From the human T2T-CHM13v2.0 reference genome, Homo sapiens, in the NCBI RefSeq assembly GCF_009914755.1, contig NC_060930.1: a DNA stretch of 64,000 bases; one strand, 5' to 3'. Below, one piece after another: positions 29,163 to 45,035 of this stretch; the stretch's first letter is position 1, and each line of letters starts with the position of its first letter. Under the pieces are notes generated by a model, which had not been told where the DNA came from, searched no databases, and saw nothing but the letters and a program-made list of their open reading frames with translations. A program made the translations under genes and the position numbers.

Positions 29163-29470
<308 letters not shown>

Positions 29471-29604
29471 AAGGCACTTTTATTTAAATTCTTCTGACTG
29501 CTGTTCATGGCTTTCCCTAATCTGCCTGAAGATATATGACATTGCATATCTCAAGTAAGACAGTTATTCCATCCCGAAATACAGCCCATTCCTTGTTATC
29601 ACTG

Positions 29605-30805
29605 TGAGAGGTGACAACGTGATAGCAGCACTCGCTCGCTCTGGGCGCCTCCTCCGCTTCGGCGTCCTCTCTGGCCGCGCTCGAGGAGCCCTTCAGCCCT
29701 CTGCTGCACTATGAAGGCCCCTCTCTGGGGCTGGCAGAGGCCCAGCCGGCTCCCTCTGTTCGCGGGGAAGTGTGAAGAAGACAGGCACGGGGCGTGGGGT
29801 GGTGTGTGCCGGGGCTGCGCGCCCGGCGCTCGAGGGCGGGCGTGGATTCTAGGTGAGCAGCGGTTCGGCAAGCCCGGCACTCGGCGCGGCCGGCAGGCGC
29901 CTGCTGGGCTTGATCGGAGGCTGAATCCCGTGCGTGGGCCGCCGTTCCCTCTTCCCGGGATCATTTGTCCACGAGAGCAGGTCTCGATCTCTTTCTCGCT
30001 TCCTCTTTTCCTCTTGATTGTCTGGGACGAGCTCCCTCTGGGCTGCCAAAGTGCCCGGGCTAGGTGCCTAAAAGTCCAGCCGAGCATGCCAATGAGACGT
30101 GAAGCCGGCTGGGCTTCTGGGACTGGTAGGGACTTGGAGAACTTTTCTATCTAACTAAAGGATTGTAAACGCACCAATCAGCACTCTGTGTCTAGCTAAA
30201 GGTTTGTAAACACACCAATCAGCGCTCTGTGTCTAGCTAATCGGGTAGAGGACTTAAGAGAACTTTTGTGTCTAGCTAAGGGTTGTAAACGCACCAATCA
30301 GTACTCTGTGTCTAGCTAAAGGTTTGTAAATGCACCAATCAGCACTCTGTCAAAACGGACCAATCAGTATTCTGTAAAATGGACCAATCAACTCTCTGTA
30401 AAATGGACCAATCAGTAGGATGTGGGTGGGGCCAAAGAAGGGAATAAAAGCAGGTTACCTGGGCCTGCAGTGGTTATCTGGTCAGGTCAGTTTATAAGTT
30501 GTGGGGGGTGTGTGGTTTTTTTTTTTGTTTTTTTGTTTTGTTTGAAGCTCTTAACAATTAATGTTGCTGCTTAGTGTTTGGGTCTGTGCTGCTGTATGTA
30601 TGTGAGCTGTAATACTCACTGTGAAGGTCTTCAACTTCACTCCTGAAGTCAGTGAGATCACGAGCCCACCAGAAGGAAGAAACTCCACACACTTCTGAAC
30701 AGCTGAAGGAACGAACTCCGGACACACCACCTTGTAGAACTGTGACACTCATGGTGAGACTTTGCAGTTTCCGTGAGACCATAGAACTCACCAATTCTGG
30801 ACCCA
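29605..30805 (+). mobile_element. ERV9 solo LTR (LTR12 family, D/B-like)
   Basis: Starts TGAGAGGTGACAACGTG and ends CCAATTCTGGACCCA; 4-bp TSD ACTG (29601-29604 / 30806-30809); CpG-rich U3; CCAAT repeat array. Confidence 0.95.
30171..30455 (+). promoter_or_regulatory. LTR12 enhancer/promoter: 7 CCAATCA (NF-Y) boxes and a TATA-like AATAAAA
   Basis: Tandem GCACCAATCAGCACTCTGTGTCTAGCTAAAGG units, then GGACCAATCA units, TGTGGGTGGGGCC and GGGAATAAAAG. Confidence 0.75.
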
Positions 30806-30989
30806 ACTGCTATCTGTACGTTGTGCAGAAGCTGCACCTGGTGCCTGAAGCCGGTCTCCCTGGAGGTGCTATTTTTCAAATCTTTAACTACTTATTCAAG
30901 GCCGTATGCAAGCCGTTTTCTGGCCCTTCCAAAATTCCTCTTTGATAACTGCAGTCCACGTTGACTTTTTTACATTCACTTGTACTTTA

Positions 30990-31765
30990 TAAAACTTTCA
31001 TTGTACGTAAGGATACTTAACACGACATCCACCCTGTTAACAAAATTTTTAGGAGTCCAATACAGTATTAATTCTGGGTAGAATGTTGTGCAGCAGGTCT
31101 CTGCAGCCTACTCATTCTGCTTGCCTAAAACTTGAGAACTGTGGTTAGCAGCTACCTGTTTACTACTCCTCTCTGTGCCTGGCTGGAATTATGCAGTATT
31201 TGTCCCTCTGCAGCTGGATTATTTATTATAGCCTCACAGCTTCAATGTCATTAACTAGTCATCAGGGAACTGTAAACCAAAACCACGATGAGCTATCCAC
31301 ACACACCTGTCAGAATGGCTATTAAAACAAAACCTGAAACAAAAGACAAGTGTTGGCCAGATTGTGGAGAAGTTGGGAGCCTGTACACAGTTGGTAGAAA
31401 TGCGAAATGATTCAGCCACTATGGAAAACAATACAAAGGATCCTTGAAAAATGAGAACTAGAACTACCATATGACCCAGCAGTCCCACTTCTGGGTATTT
31501 ATCCAGAAGAATTGAAATCAGAATCTCGCAGAGATATCAGTACTCCCAGGTTCATTGCAACATTATTCACAATAGCCAAGATGTGGAAAGAACTGAAATG
31601 CCTACTGGCAGATGAATGGATACAGAAAATGTGATATATATATATACATATATATATATATATGTATATGTATATATACAATGAATTATTTTTCAGCCTT
31701 AAAAAGGATATTCTGTCATGTGTGGCAAGATGGATAAACCTGGAGGACATTACGCTCCAGTGAAA
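30990..31765 (-). mobile_element. L1MA9/10-like 3' end with an inverted 5' part
   Basis: Minus-strand 3' UTR piece (to about 31224) joined to a plus-strand upstream piece (about 31240-31765). Confidence 0.8.
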
Positions 31766-31769
31766 CGGG

Positions 31770-31890
31770 TAAGTATTGCTAATCCTTCTTCCACGTAAGT
31801 AAGCTAAAACTCAGATGTCATATTATCTGCCCAAGGTTTTAGAGGTAACATAAGGAAGTGGAGAAGTTGGAATTCAAACCGGTCTGAAAT
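31770..31890 (-). mobile_element. MIR fragment
   Basis: CTGCCCAAGGT...AAGTGGAGAAGTTGGAATTCAAACC. Confidence 0.5.
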
Positions 31891-31919
31891 GTTGCTGCCG
31901 TACACAAGGTCATCTAGAT

Positions 31920-32460
31920 TTCTGTCGATTCATTTGCATTTTCTCCATGGACTATCATGTCATCGGCTAACAAAGATAGTTTCATTTGTTTCTTTCAAAT
32001 CAGTATACCTTTTATTCAATTTTCTTATTTCCAAATCGTTATACTTTTTATTCTATTTTCTTATTTCCAAATCGATATACATTTTATTCCATTTTCTTGT
32101 TTTGTTGCATTAGCTAGAACTTCTAGTGTTGAAAGGGAGTGGTGAGAATGGGTATGCTTGTCTCATTCCTGACCTTAGTGGGAAAACTTCTAATTTTTCC
32201 CCGTTAAGGATGATGTTCGCTGTCGGAGTTTTGTAGATTTTTTTTTTTTATCAAAGTAAAGAAGTTTCCCTCTATTTCTAGTTTGCTGGGAATTTTATTA
32301 CAAGAGTGTTAGGCTTAGTCAAATGGTTTCTCTGCATAGATTGATATAATTATATGGTTTTTCTTCTTTAGCTCGTCGATGTGATGGATTATGTTAACTG
32401 ATTTTTGAATGTTGAACCAGCCTTGCACACCTAGGGTAAATCCTACTTGGTCATGGTGAT
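31920..32460 (-). mobile_element. Old L1M ORF2 fragment
   Basis: ATCATGTCATCGGCTAAC, GTTGAAAGGGAGTGGTGAGAATGGG and GTTGAACCAGCCTTGCAC. Confidence 0.8.
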
Positions 32461-32769
32461 CTATTTCCTTTTTAATTTTCTCTCCTCTACTTAGAATAGA
32501 ATTTTTACTGCTAAGGTATGAGTGTGTGTGTGTAAGGGAGTTCCATGCCTTAACCCTAACATGGTGGTATCATTCTATACCTGGTAAACTTGAGTACTCA
32601 GTACTGTTGTCACTAGCATATACTACAGCTCAGTGAGCTTTAGTTTTACTCTGAAGTGCCTTTGAGGACTTCATAGGAGCAGTAAGAATGCTTAGGACGA
32701 AAAATAAAATATTGTATGACCATTCAGGGTTGCTTCCTTAGTGACTTCCCAACTTTCTTCCTCTCTGTA

Positions 32770-33190
32770 CTGTTTAGTTGTTTGCTGCCCTCTCTCCATG
32801 TGACCCAGCTCCTGACCAGTTGAACCAATCAGAATAGTCCAAATTCTCATGCCATCCACTCATTTAGGGATGGAAACGTGACCCAGCTCAGGATGGTGAA
32901 ATGTGTGAGGGCGGTTCTGCTCAACTACTATCTGTGCACTTGGGAAAGGATTCCTTGGTTTTTAGAAGGAGCAAAAGAAAAAGATGGTTTATTCTGGAGT
33001 GTCATTTCTGGATGGCTGCCACTGTGTGGCCACCAGGCAACCATAAGGGGAGTTGGGTTAGGACAATGCCAGTACACCCAACGTGGCGGAGTTGAGAGAT
33101 GGAAGAAACCCAGGTCCTTGGGGGCATTGTGGAATTGCCGAAGTTTACTAACCTTGAAGCTGCCTTAACTCTTAGTCTTAATTTTCTAAA
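32770..33190 (+). mobile_element. Old MLT1 (J/K-like) LTR
   Basis: GAGAGATGGAAGAAACCCAGGTCCTTG and GTGACCCAG motifs. Confidence 0.55.
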
Positions 33191-34582
33191 GCAGAAATCT
33201 GAGGATTCCTGCAATGTTGGTAGGTACTTGCATTTATGTTGAGAAATTTTTCTGAGTGTGGCCCAAGAACAGCCTATGTCAGAATATTTCAGAATGCCTG
33301 CTAGAAAGCTGGCTTTTCTTCATATCTTCCATATTATAGGAAGGAATATCCATGGCGGGGCCTAGGAATCACCATTTTAACAATTCCTCTATTCTTCTGT
33401 TCACTCAAGATTCAGAATCTGTATTTTCAGATACCTGTTGCAGGGACTCAGTTCATCACCCCCATGGAGAACAGCCTTGCAATGTATTATATTTTCCTAT
33501 GTTGATGCCTAATTCTTACAGGGCATCTCACCATTCTAAGATAACACCACCCTAATGAGACATGAGCCTAAAGTCCAGAAATGTGAAACAGATTAGAAGC
33601 GAGAAAAAGATCAGAAATATTTATTAGGATAATTGGAAGAAGAAATGGTGAAACTCAACAGGATAAAAATATGTTAGTGAGACAATGGGTCTTCTCCAAC
33701 ATATATTCAGAGGCAGATGGTAAAGTGGGAAGCTAACCCGTTAAGAAATAATTATAATAGGTTGTTGGAGACTAGGGAAAAGAAAGTAAAAGATTTATTA
33801 AATAGCTTGTACTCCATTTATGCACAAAGGTGGCCAATCATAGATTATATGTGCATGTGAGTGTGTATTAATGAGAGGGAGCAAGCCTTGGAGAAGGCAG
33901 CAGAGCTTAAAGATTGCCTGTGGAAGGCATGAATGCATCAAATGGTCATCTTATGAGCTGAAAGAGTGATGTCCTCACTTTCAGCATCTCACTGGCCATC
34001 AAGTACAGTTTGACTCCTATGTTGTTAAATGACAGTTGTAAAAATGATAGCTCTGTAATGTCTGATAATTAAAATACTTCTTTTCTGGCAAAGGCTATTT
34101 AGATTTGCATTTGTTGAAACCTACAAATACTCATGCATGTGCGTGCACACACACACACACACACACACATCTCTCTAGAATAAACCATTTAAACACCTTT
34201 ACATCCTTTTCCCAAGCCTTCAATAACTTCCAATTACTGAAGCCATAAATGCCCTATTTCACAAAATAATACTCTTGAGGCCGGCACATTTGCCTCACTT
34301 CCTACCTGGGAAAGGCTAAGTCTCTTGTTAGAATAGTAATTTAGATTATATTTAGTTTGGAACTTCATTCCCATGGCCCTGGAGAGCAGATATTGGTGTT
34401 TTCATACACTCATGGGTGGGTCTTTTCTCTTAAATATTGAAGGTTGCGGAGCTGATCTCTAGCGCACTGTTAGGGAGAGAATTCTTGAAATTTCACACAG
34501 GAACTACTCACCATCTTCCTGCTATCAAATATATGAATATGCCTACATCTTTATCAACCATGTCCTCCTTCTCACTTGTTAA

Positions 34583-36735
<2,153 letters not shown>

Positions 36736-36739
36736 CCTG

Positions 36740-37385
36740 TCAATTTTTATTTTTCTCTTTCATATTTAAAATCTGCTTAAGATTCTTCATTCAAAAACAA
36801 GACTAAGCATACAACAACAAACCCCAAAGCAGCCCTCTCAACCTCCCTTCCAATTTCTGCTCTCTCTCCTTTCTTGTCAGGTTTTACCCTCATCAATTTG
36901 ACCAAAACAGTTCTTGAGGATTTCATTAGTGACTCTTATGTAGCAAAATCAGCTGATATTTTAGAGCTCCCTTGATTTGGCTTCTGAGCTGCGTTCATCA
37001 CTGTTGACCTTTGCCTCTCCTTCGCTGTTTTCGGCAGCCGTGCCTTCCTCAGCCTGGATATCCGAGGTTGCAGTCCTCAGAGCTCCATCCTGGACTTTCT
37101 GATGTTCTTCCTGTCTTCGCTTCCTGAGTGGTTCTGACCATGCTTCAGTCACTTCCCTATCACATCCTACTGTTGACTACCAATGTTTACAGATATCCCA
37201 GGTGAATTCCTGTGGAGTCTTTACCACAGTTTATGATTATAGATGTAGTCATTTATTTATTTGCCTCCCTAGACTGTTAGTGATATGAGACCAAGGTCTG
37301 GGTCCATCTTTGCTCCACAGTGTCCCTAGAGCTTAGAACTTAGTTGACACATCTTAGTTACTCTTTGAATATTGTTGAATGAAGG
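36740..37385 (+). mobile_element. L2 fragments
   Basis: CCCTAGACTGTTAG...GAGACCAAGGTCTGGGTC...AATATTGTTGAATGAA 3' end. Confidence 0.55.
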
Positions 37386-38254
37386 ACCAGAGAGAGGAAA
37401 CTTGGCTATCATACTGTCTGTCCATAAGTGCTTCTGAGGTGTCTCTAGTGAGACTAGTCATTTAGATTATAATTAAGTTGTTCTCACTGTCAGTGTCCTC
37501 ACTTATCACTTTCTAAGCTGATCAGTAGCTTGTTGTTGTCAAGTTCTTTGGCTTCTTTGCTCTTACCTTTCTGAGATTGACATGGCCTAAGTATATTTTC
37601 TCTTTGGCCCACCCCTTTTCCCCCAAGATACAGTTGTTGCCTATTTTGGAGGATCTCTTGTTTCTTTGTTGATCTCTCTCTCTTTTGTACAATAGCTCAA
37701 GGAAGAATTTGGAGCAATGTTTTTCTCTCTCTAAACATACCTAGAGGGTTGAGATGCCACTAGGTTACATGGTGAAATCAGCCACTGCTTGACATACAAG
37801 GATTGGAAATTTACATTTCTGACATGGATCTCCCATTTTTTTGCAGTATGATTTTGGTATCTTGCATGGATTTAAAACTTTATTTTGTTCTAAATCTAAA
37901 TACTATAATAGTAGATACCTACCTACATGTATGTAAAATACTCGAATAAAATAAAACAAAAATATGCTTCTATGTGGATTCATTATTCTTTTCCAAATTT
38001 CCTCTATGTTTCCCTGGTCTTCAGGACTCAAGTCTGATGCCAGTCTACCCCTTTTCTATCTTTCTATCATTTCTGTCTATCTTGACCTGGCTAGCAGGCC
38101 ATGCTGCTCTGGTATCTACTGAACTCATCAGCAAAAACCATTGCCAACACCTTTTTGCCTTGCAGCTCATATTCTGAACTCTGCCATCTCAACATTTTTG
38201 CCTTCTATTTCTAGCCATTTCCAGCTTGTAGGTTCTGCAGCTGTCTCACTTTAA

Positions 38255-39292
38255 AAAATGTTTTATTGACATACAATTAACACAATAATAAACTATGCAT
38301 ATTTAAAGGGTATAATTTGATGAGTTTTTACCTATATACATCTATACCCATGAAACCAGCATCATGATCAGTATAGTGAACATGTGCATCAGCCCAAAGT
38401 TTTCTCATGTCCCTTCATAATCCCCTGTTGTCCTTCCCCAGATCCCAAATCCACAAAACCACCAATCTAATTTCTGCCACTATCAACTAGTTAGCATATT
38501 TTAGACTTTTTATAAATAGAATCATACAGTGTCTATTCAGTTTCATCTGGCATCTCATAATTATTTTGAGATTCATTCATATTGTGCTTTATCACTTCCC
38601 TTGTGAATGGAAATTTGGATTGTCTTGTTTTGGACTGTCTTGTTTTGGCCTATGAAAAATAAAACTATTATGAACGTTGGCACACAAATATTTGTATGGG
38701 TGTATATTTCTTTTGAATAAATATTCAGGAGTGCAATGGCTGGATCATATGCTAGAGAAATGCTTCACTTTTTCAAGAAGCTGCTAAAGTTTTTTTCCAA
38801 AATGGTTGCACTATATTATATTTCCACCCGCAATGTTTGAGAGTTCCAGTTCCCCCATATTCTCCCCAAAACTTGCTATTGTCAGTCTTTTTAATTTTAA
38901 TAATTCTCATAGGTAAATAGTTGTATCTCATTATAGCTTTAATTTGTATCACCTTGAGTTTTAGGAGTTCTTTATATGTTCTGGATACAAATGTTTATCA
39001 GACATGTGCTCTGCAAAGATTTTCACCCAGTCCGTAGTTCGTTTTTTCATTCTTTTAGCCGTATCTTTTGATGGGCAGACATTTTTCATTTTGATTAAGT
39101 CCAACTTATCAATTTTTTAATGGATAGTGCATGTGGTGTCATATCTAAGAAATTTTTTGCATAATCCAAGATCAAAAAAATTTTCTCTCATGTTTTCTTC
39201 TAAAAGTTTTATTCTTTTAGATTTTACATTTAGGTCTATAATCTTTGAGTTAATCTTGTATATAGTGTGAGGTATGAACCAAAGTTCATTTT
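38255..39292 (-). mobile_element. Old L1M (MB/MD/ME-like) 3' region
   Basis: TTTTATTGACATACAATTAACAC...TTTAAAGGGTATAATTTGATGAGTTTT and antisense ORF2 end. Confidence 0.82.
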
Positions 39293-41805
39293 TAGGGGGA
39301 GACAGGTTTCTTCTTATTTTATAGTTTCATGCTTATACCTTAGGCTTGATACTTGGGACCCCTCCTTGATGGTTAATAGTTACACTGATTACAGCTGGTT
39401 ACACACTGGTTATGCACTGATTACAGCTGCTCTGGCCAATACTTTGCTGAGTAGAGCTTAGCCTTAGGACCAAACTTCATGATGATGGTTGGGGCCAGTC
39501 TGTGGCTTGGCTAGCTTTGGCCCCATGGCCAGGGTCCACATGGAGCCCTTTCTTTGAGTCTAACTGATCGTTGTTGTTTTCTTTTTTTTATTTGCTGTGT
39601 ATCCCTCTTGATCTAACCTTTTCTTCTTTAAGTGCTCATATCACATCTCTAGATTAATTACAGCAAGGACGTAGCATTTATACCTCCTCTCTTCTATCTA
39701 ATGTGTGCCTCACTGAGAGCCACCTCTATAGTCACTCCTAGATTCTCATCTCAAATACCAAACCAAATTCATTTAGGTCATTCAGTTCATTGATCCAGTG
39801 TTTGCTGAGTTTTACCACATGCCATGCAAACTGCAACAAAGGCAGGCTCCATCCCTGCTGTCATGCACCTTATAGCCCAGTGGTGGATACAGAGAAATAA
39901 ATAGGCTAATATGGAATGGTGAAATTAGTGCTAAAATGGTGGGAATTATAGGGGCTTCCATTAGTCAAGTCTCCTCTTTTGAATTGTCCCCACCTTTGAT
40001 TACAACTTGGTTGCTTGTTCTTAAGGAGAGCATCTATCCATGGTTTCCTTCTTTGCCTGATCATCATCTAATGAATTTGGACACTTCCAAAGAGCAAAAT
40101 GCCATTTGCATTCATACAAATTCTGCAAGAGGTAAAAAATTTGGTTCTGAATTATCTAGTTAATTGTCACTGCCATCTGATTTTTGGCTGTGGGCAAGTA
40201 GCCTTACCTGTGAACTGAAACTTGTATAATTCCTGTAGGAATTCTTTTACTTTTGCCTCTGAATGCTTTTCTAATGAACTGCATGTAAAATTCCACCTTT
40301 CTTAGAATTTATAAGACTGTATGTGAAATCTTGCTCTGTCATTTGCTGTGTGACCCACCCCTATTTTTTTGTGCCTCAGTTTTTTATGTATAAATTGAGA
40401 GTTTCAAGTTTTGATTCTAAAATGCTAGATGCTTCACTTTAAAAATTACTTAAAGCTTACCTCCCTTATTCAGACCACCTCCCCTCCATCTCTGGCCACT
40501 CCAATAATCCAGTAGCCACTTTATATGTGAACATAATTATATATAGCCATCTAGCTATCTACAAGTATTTCTACTTCAGATATTTTGCTGTCTGGTTATA
40601 CGAAAATGTTGCTCTACATTTTCCCAAAGACTGTAAAAATATGCAGTCAGTAGTTTGTTCTTTTCAATTTGATGTATTTCCATAACCTTGGCATGTAATA
40701 TATGAAAAAGATATTGACCAAGTGATTTTGTTCTAATGGCTTCATGTATATATAAAAGAATTCCTCAGTAGTCCAACAGATTTGGGATTTCAGATAACCA
40801 GTTTACACTTTTGGCCCACGTAATTGCTTTTTCATTGGACATGAAGATTGAGGGCCTGAACTGTCCAGCTGAATCAGTTCTCGCTTCAGTTTTGCTTGTG
40901 TGGAGCCTCACCTCTGAGCTCCTACTTGGCTAATTCCGGCGAAGTCCCACTGGGAGCATGGCAAGAAGAGAGGAGTGATGCAAACAGGCCTGAGAGCTTG
41001 AGTGCTGCTGGTGACTGCGCCATTACCCAGAAAGTGCAGGTTAATGTGGAGGAAGGGAGGAAACTGTGGGAGGCAGCAAAGCAAACCCTACAACACCCAT
41101 TAGAAAGAACAGTCATGCAGCATTGAGATCAGGAAAGAAGGGTCAAGGGTCAAAAAATCAGAGAAACTACCCCCATTCCCTAACCAAGGAATGCATGCGA
41201 GAGACAGGAATCAAAGAAACAGCAATAGAATGAATACTGAATTAATTCACATGGATTTGGCTCTCACAATGTGGCCCCGAGTCACCTGATGGGTCTCTAA
41301 ATCCTTGCAGGACAAACAACCCGTGCTGGTGGGAAGGATGTTATCAAGTGGCAGCAAATAGGAGGCATGCTGCACTGCTCCTAGCAAGTGCTGTGTCAGC
41401 TGTATGTAAACTATCAATTTGGCATATGCAAATAACTCCATCATAGAATAGAATATTAAGTGAGATCAGAAAGCCCAGAGAGAATTACGTGCTAATTCAG
41501 AGAAGGAAGAATTCAGTGTCCATTCAAGTGTGAATGTATATGTTGAATCCAGAAAGGCTTTATGAAGACGTGAAATTTGAAGTCAGCCTTGTAGAACTGG
41601 AAAAATTTTGTCAAGCCAATACTGTAGGAGTAAGGCAGAAATAGTAATAGAAAATGGAAAAGAAGTTAGAAAATGAGAGAGTGCTTAGAGAACATCCGTA
41701 GTTTAGTTTGGCCAAGGGATAGATAGGATATGGGGGCAAAAAGAAATAAGATTTTAATGGTAGGTTGAGGACAACTCATGAGGACTCCTATATGCTACCC
41801 ATGAC

Positions 41806-42111
41806 TTTTCTTTTTTATTTTTTGAGATGGGTTCTCACTTTAAAGTCCAGACTGGAGTGCAGTGGTGTGATATCTGCTCACTGCAGCCTCAACCTCTGAG
41901 GCTCAGGTGATTTCTTCTACCTCAGCCTCCTGAGTAACTGGGACTACAGGTGAATAAATGCTACCACACTGAGGTAACTTTTTATATTTTTTTGCAGAGA
42001 TGGGTTTTCGCCATGTTGCCCAGGATGGTCTCAAACTCCTGGGCTCAAGTGATCCGCCCACCTCGGCTCTCAAAGTACTGGGATTACAGGCATGAGCCAT
42101 TGTACCCTGTC
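41806..42111 (-). mobile_element. AluJ
   Basis: Full dimer; TSD CTACCCATGACTTT (41795) / CTACTCATGACTTT (42113). Confidence 0.92.
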
Positions 42112-43288
42112 ACTACTCATGACTTTGTTTCTCCATTTGTTCCCACTTTCTCAAAGGTATTTCACTGCTCGCCTCTACCTGGGGCCTCAGTCCAGAGCCA
42201 ATCTGGGGGGAACATGTGAAAGCCTTCCTTATCCATTTGGGTTTGGATGTACATCATGTTCCCATTCTTAGAGTCCAGAAATCCAGCCTCACTAGACTCC
42301 AAAATGACTATGCTGTTTATCCCTAAGCCTCCTTGGCCGCCATATAGCTCAGAGCCTGCATGCACCGCTAATGCACAGCCAGCCCCTACGTCACAGAACT
42401 GCTTATGTTCTCAAGTCCCCATGTTCACCAAAGGGAGCGTCTGCATGCTTCCTTTTCCATACTCTGCCCACTTGCTGAGCCTAGTAGCACAATGCCCCTC
42501 TAGAAATGGGTCCTAATCCATGTAAGCTGCATCCTGGAATTCTGCATAGTTCTCAAGAGGGCTCTCACCCCTTCTCCCTAGACTGGAACTTACCACCTGT
42601 AGACTAAGAGTTCCCGCATCGGTGTAGCTTCTTAGCTGGATTTGTTCCTGCTTTGTGCTGAATTGCTAATTTGATGTTTTGATATTATCATTTACAGAAT
42701 TAGGAATAAAAATCTTTATACCAGGTCTCAGACATTGGACCTACACATACTGGTAGCCTCTTAGTTCATCAATGCTCTTGGCCACCTTCTACTCTAAAGA
42801 GCAGATCTCTGTTCAGTGTTGGCCTCTTATACTTCCCACCAGTTCGTCAGGCTTAGTGGCAAAGCCTACCTGAGACGCTGCACCAAGTGATTTCTCATTG
42901 TCTACTAACTTATTGCACATAAATAAGGTTTACTCACATGGGGTTTATGTTCCATGAGTAACTAACCTTCCATTTTCCACCATTTTTATATAGGAAAAAT
43001 CAACTTCAGGAACAAACATGGCATTCAAGACTATATCATATAGAATTTGTTAGAGGCACAAAGCAGAACTTGACTCTGGGAAATTTAAATATAGGGCACA
43101 TATTGAAAGGATGTCAGAAGGTTACAATAATAATGAGCACGCTGGAGAAATAGGATTGAGTGTGGGAAGGGTAAGGTAACACCAAAAGGTTAGGGTTAAC
43201 TAAAACTACAAGGCTGGACCTGTGGCAGGAACTTGAACTCGTAGTTGGGTTCCTCCACTGGTATTGGTATGACTTCCATTTCTTTTGA

Positions 43289-43441
43289 CCTTGTGTTAGT
43301 CTCTGAAGATTCAAAATTAAAAGAGTATCCACTGCTTAACTATCCCCCAGTATGATGTGTCTGCCCTTGTAATAGTCTCTGAGGATTCAAATTTACAAAT
43401 GAGTATCCACCACTTAACTATCCCCCATTATGAGGTGTCTG
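43289..43441. repeat. 76/77-bp tandem duplication
   Basis: CCTTGT..TAGTCTCTGA.GATTCAAA...GAGTATCCAC..CTTAACTATCCCCCA.TATGA...GTGTCTG occurs twice (43289, 43365). Confidence 0.9.
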
Positions 43442-43486
43442 AGAGGAGACTTGCGTAGTCAGCTTCCACAGTGGGAGGCGAGCATC

Positions 43487-43943
43487 TGTCATACCAGACC
43501 CCTATTAACTCCAATAGAGATGGCACCAGGTTCAGGAGACAGAAGAGAACTAGAGTCAGCAAACAAGACCTAAGTGTTCACTAGCCAGAAACTTACATAC
43601 AAAGTGGGCCAGTGGCAGCAGGCTGGACAGAACTGCAACCGCTTGTGCAAAGCATGCAGTTCATACAGCATCTTCACTTAGCACCCTCCCCCTAACAATC
43701 TCCATCAAGCAACCTTCATTTAACCCAAGACAAAGGGCCTTGATACCCTGTATGGCCCACATTCTATGATACGGGCTGGGGGCTCAGGTGCTCCTCACAG
43801 ACAAGGAATGGATCTCCATGTTGCCCACTCCTGGATCCCTTAGCTTGGAACCCCAAACACACATTCAGGTGTGAGTGCCACACAGGGTAATCCTTAGGGT
43901 ATGCTCAAGTCAAATTACTGCTCTCAGGCGCATCTACCACACA
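43487..43943 (-). mobile_element. LTR47-like solo LTR
   Basis: TG...CA ends; 5-bp TSD GCATC / ACATC; internal CACTTAGCACCCTCCCCCTAAC and CATTTAACCCAAGACAAAGGGCC. Confidence 0.8.
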
Positions 43944-44809
43944 ACATCCACAGTTATTGTCCCACGAAGACCCCACACAATGCGGAAGAAGTGATTTCCT
44001 AAACTGAAACAAAGACATTATTAGGAAGGGGAAATGGGTATTGTGTTGACAAAAATATATATCTTCAAATATCCTTTCTCTAGTTCTTTTCTATTACTGC
44101 TTCAGACCTCATACTTTTTAAGTCTTGAAAAGACATTTTGTGAATTGGTTGACAAAAACAGTCACTAAAAAATGTTTTCTGACTCTGTCCCCACCTTCCC
44201 TACACAAACTCCAAATGCCCACGGTCCTCCCAAATGGCTCTGGGAGGGCCCCAGTGGCGTTCAACGTGTGCTCTGAAAGCTGGCTTTGTACCTCAGGGGC
44301 TTCGTCTTTGCTTTTTCCTCATGTTTTAAAGGTCTTTGATTGTGTCTTGGTAGATACTAGCATCAGAAGTGGAAGCTCTGATGTCAGCGTTATTAATTCT
44401 ACACCCTAGTGATGGCTGCTGTCAGAGCCACCTGTGCTGTGACTATGGCGGTCACCAGTGCTGTCACCCCTATTGTCACCAATGGTGCCTCTGGTGCCCA
44501 GTGACCCACAAAGATACAGACAAATGTTTCCTTTATTATTTAATTCCTTTTCCATTGCTTCCCTTCTTTATATATCTTGTGCCTCTCAGAATCCTCTTTC
44601 TCCTCTGAAGATGGGTCAACCCATTGTCTTTGAAAGAAATTTCTGGGCCTTTCATCTGTTTTTTATGTTGGGTTACTTACCAAGGAACATCTACTACATC
44701 TACTCTATGTAATTCCCCAAACTGGCCATGCAATTCCCTTCCTTTGTCCTTTGTCTTTCTCTTCTCTTTTCCCAGAATATCATTCCCAAACTGTATTCAC
44801 CTGCAGAGC

Positions 44810-44980
44810 TCTGATTAATCCTTCAATCTCATCTAACCCAGACTGGAATGATTAATTGCAGTCAATCCACATTCTGTCTCATAGCCCTCAGGGCAGTATA
44901 TTGAAATGATCAGTTTATATTTCTGTCTCCCCACCTAAACTCTGAGCTCCTTGAGGGCAGGACCTGGGTTTATTTATTTA

Positions 44981-45035
<55 letters not shown>

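Noticed and set aside
29599-30154. 162-aa and 147-aa GC-rich ORFs
   Set aside because: They lie inside the LTR12 U3, where high GC suppresses stops; no domain is recognisable.
39379-39429. Short degenerate 10-11 bp repeat (CTGATTACAG / CTGGTTACAC)
   Set aside because: An ordinary slippage micro-repeat with no supportable function.
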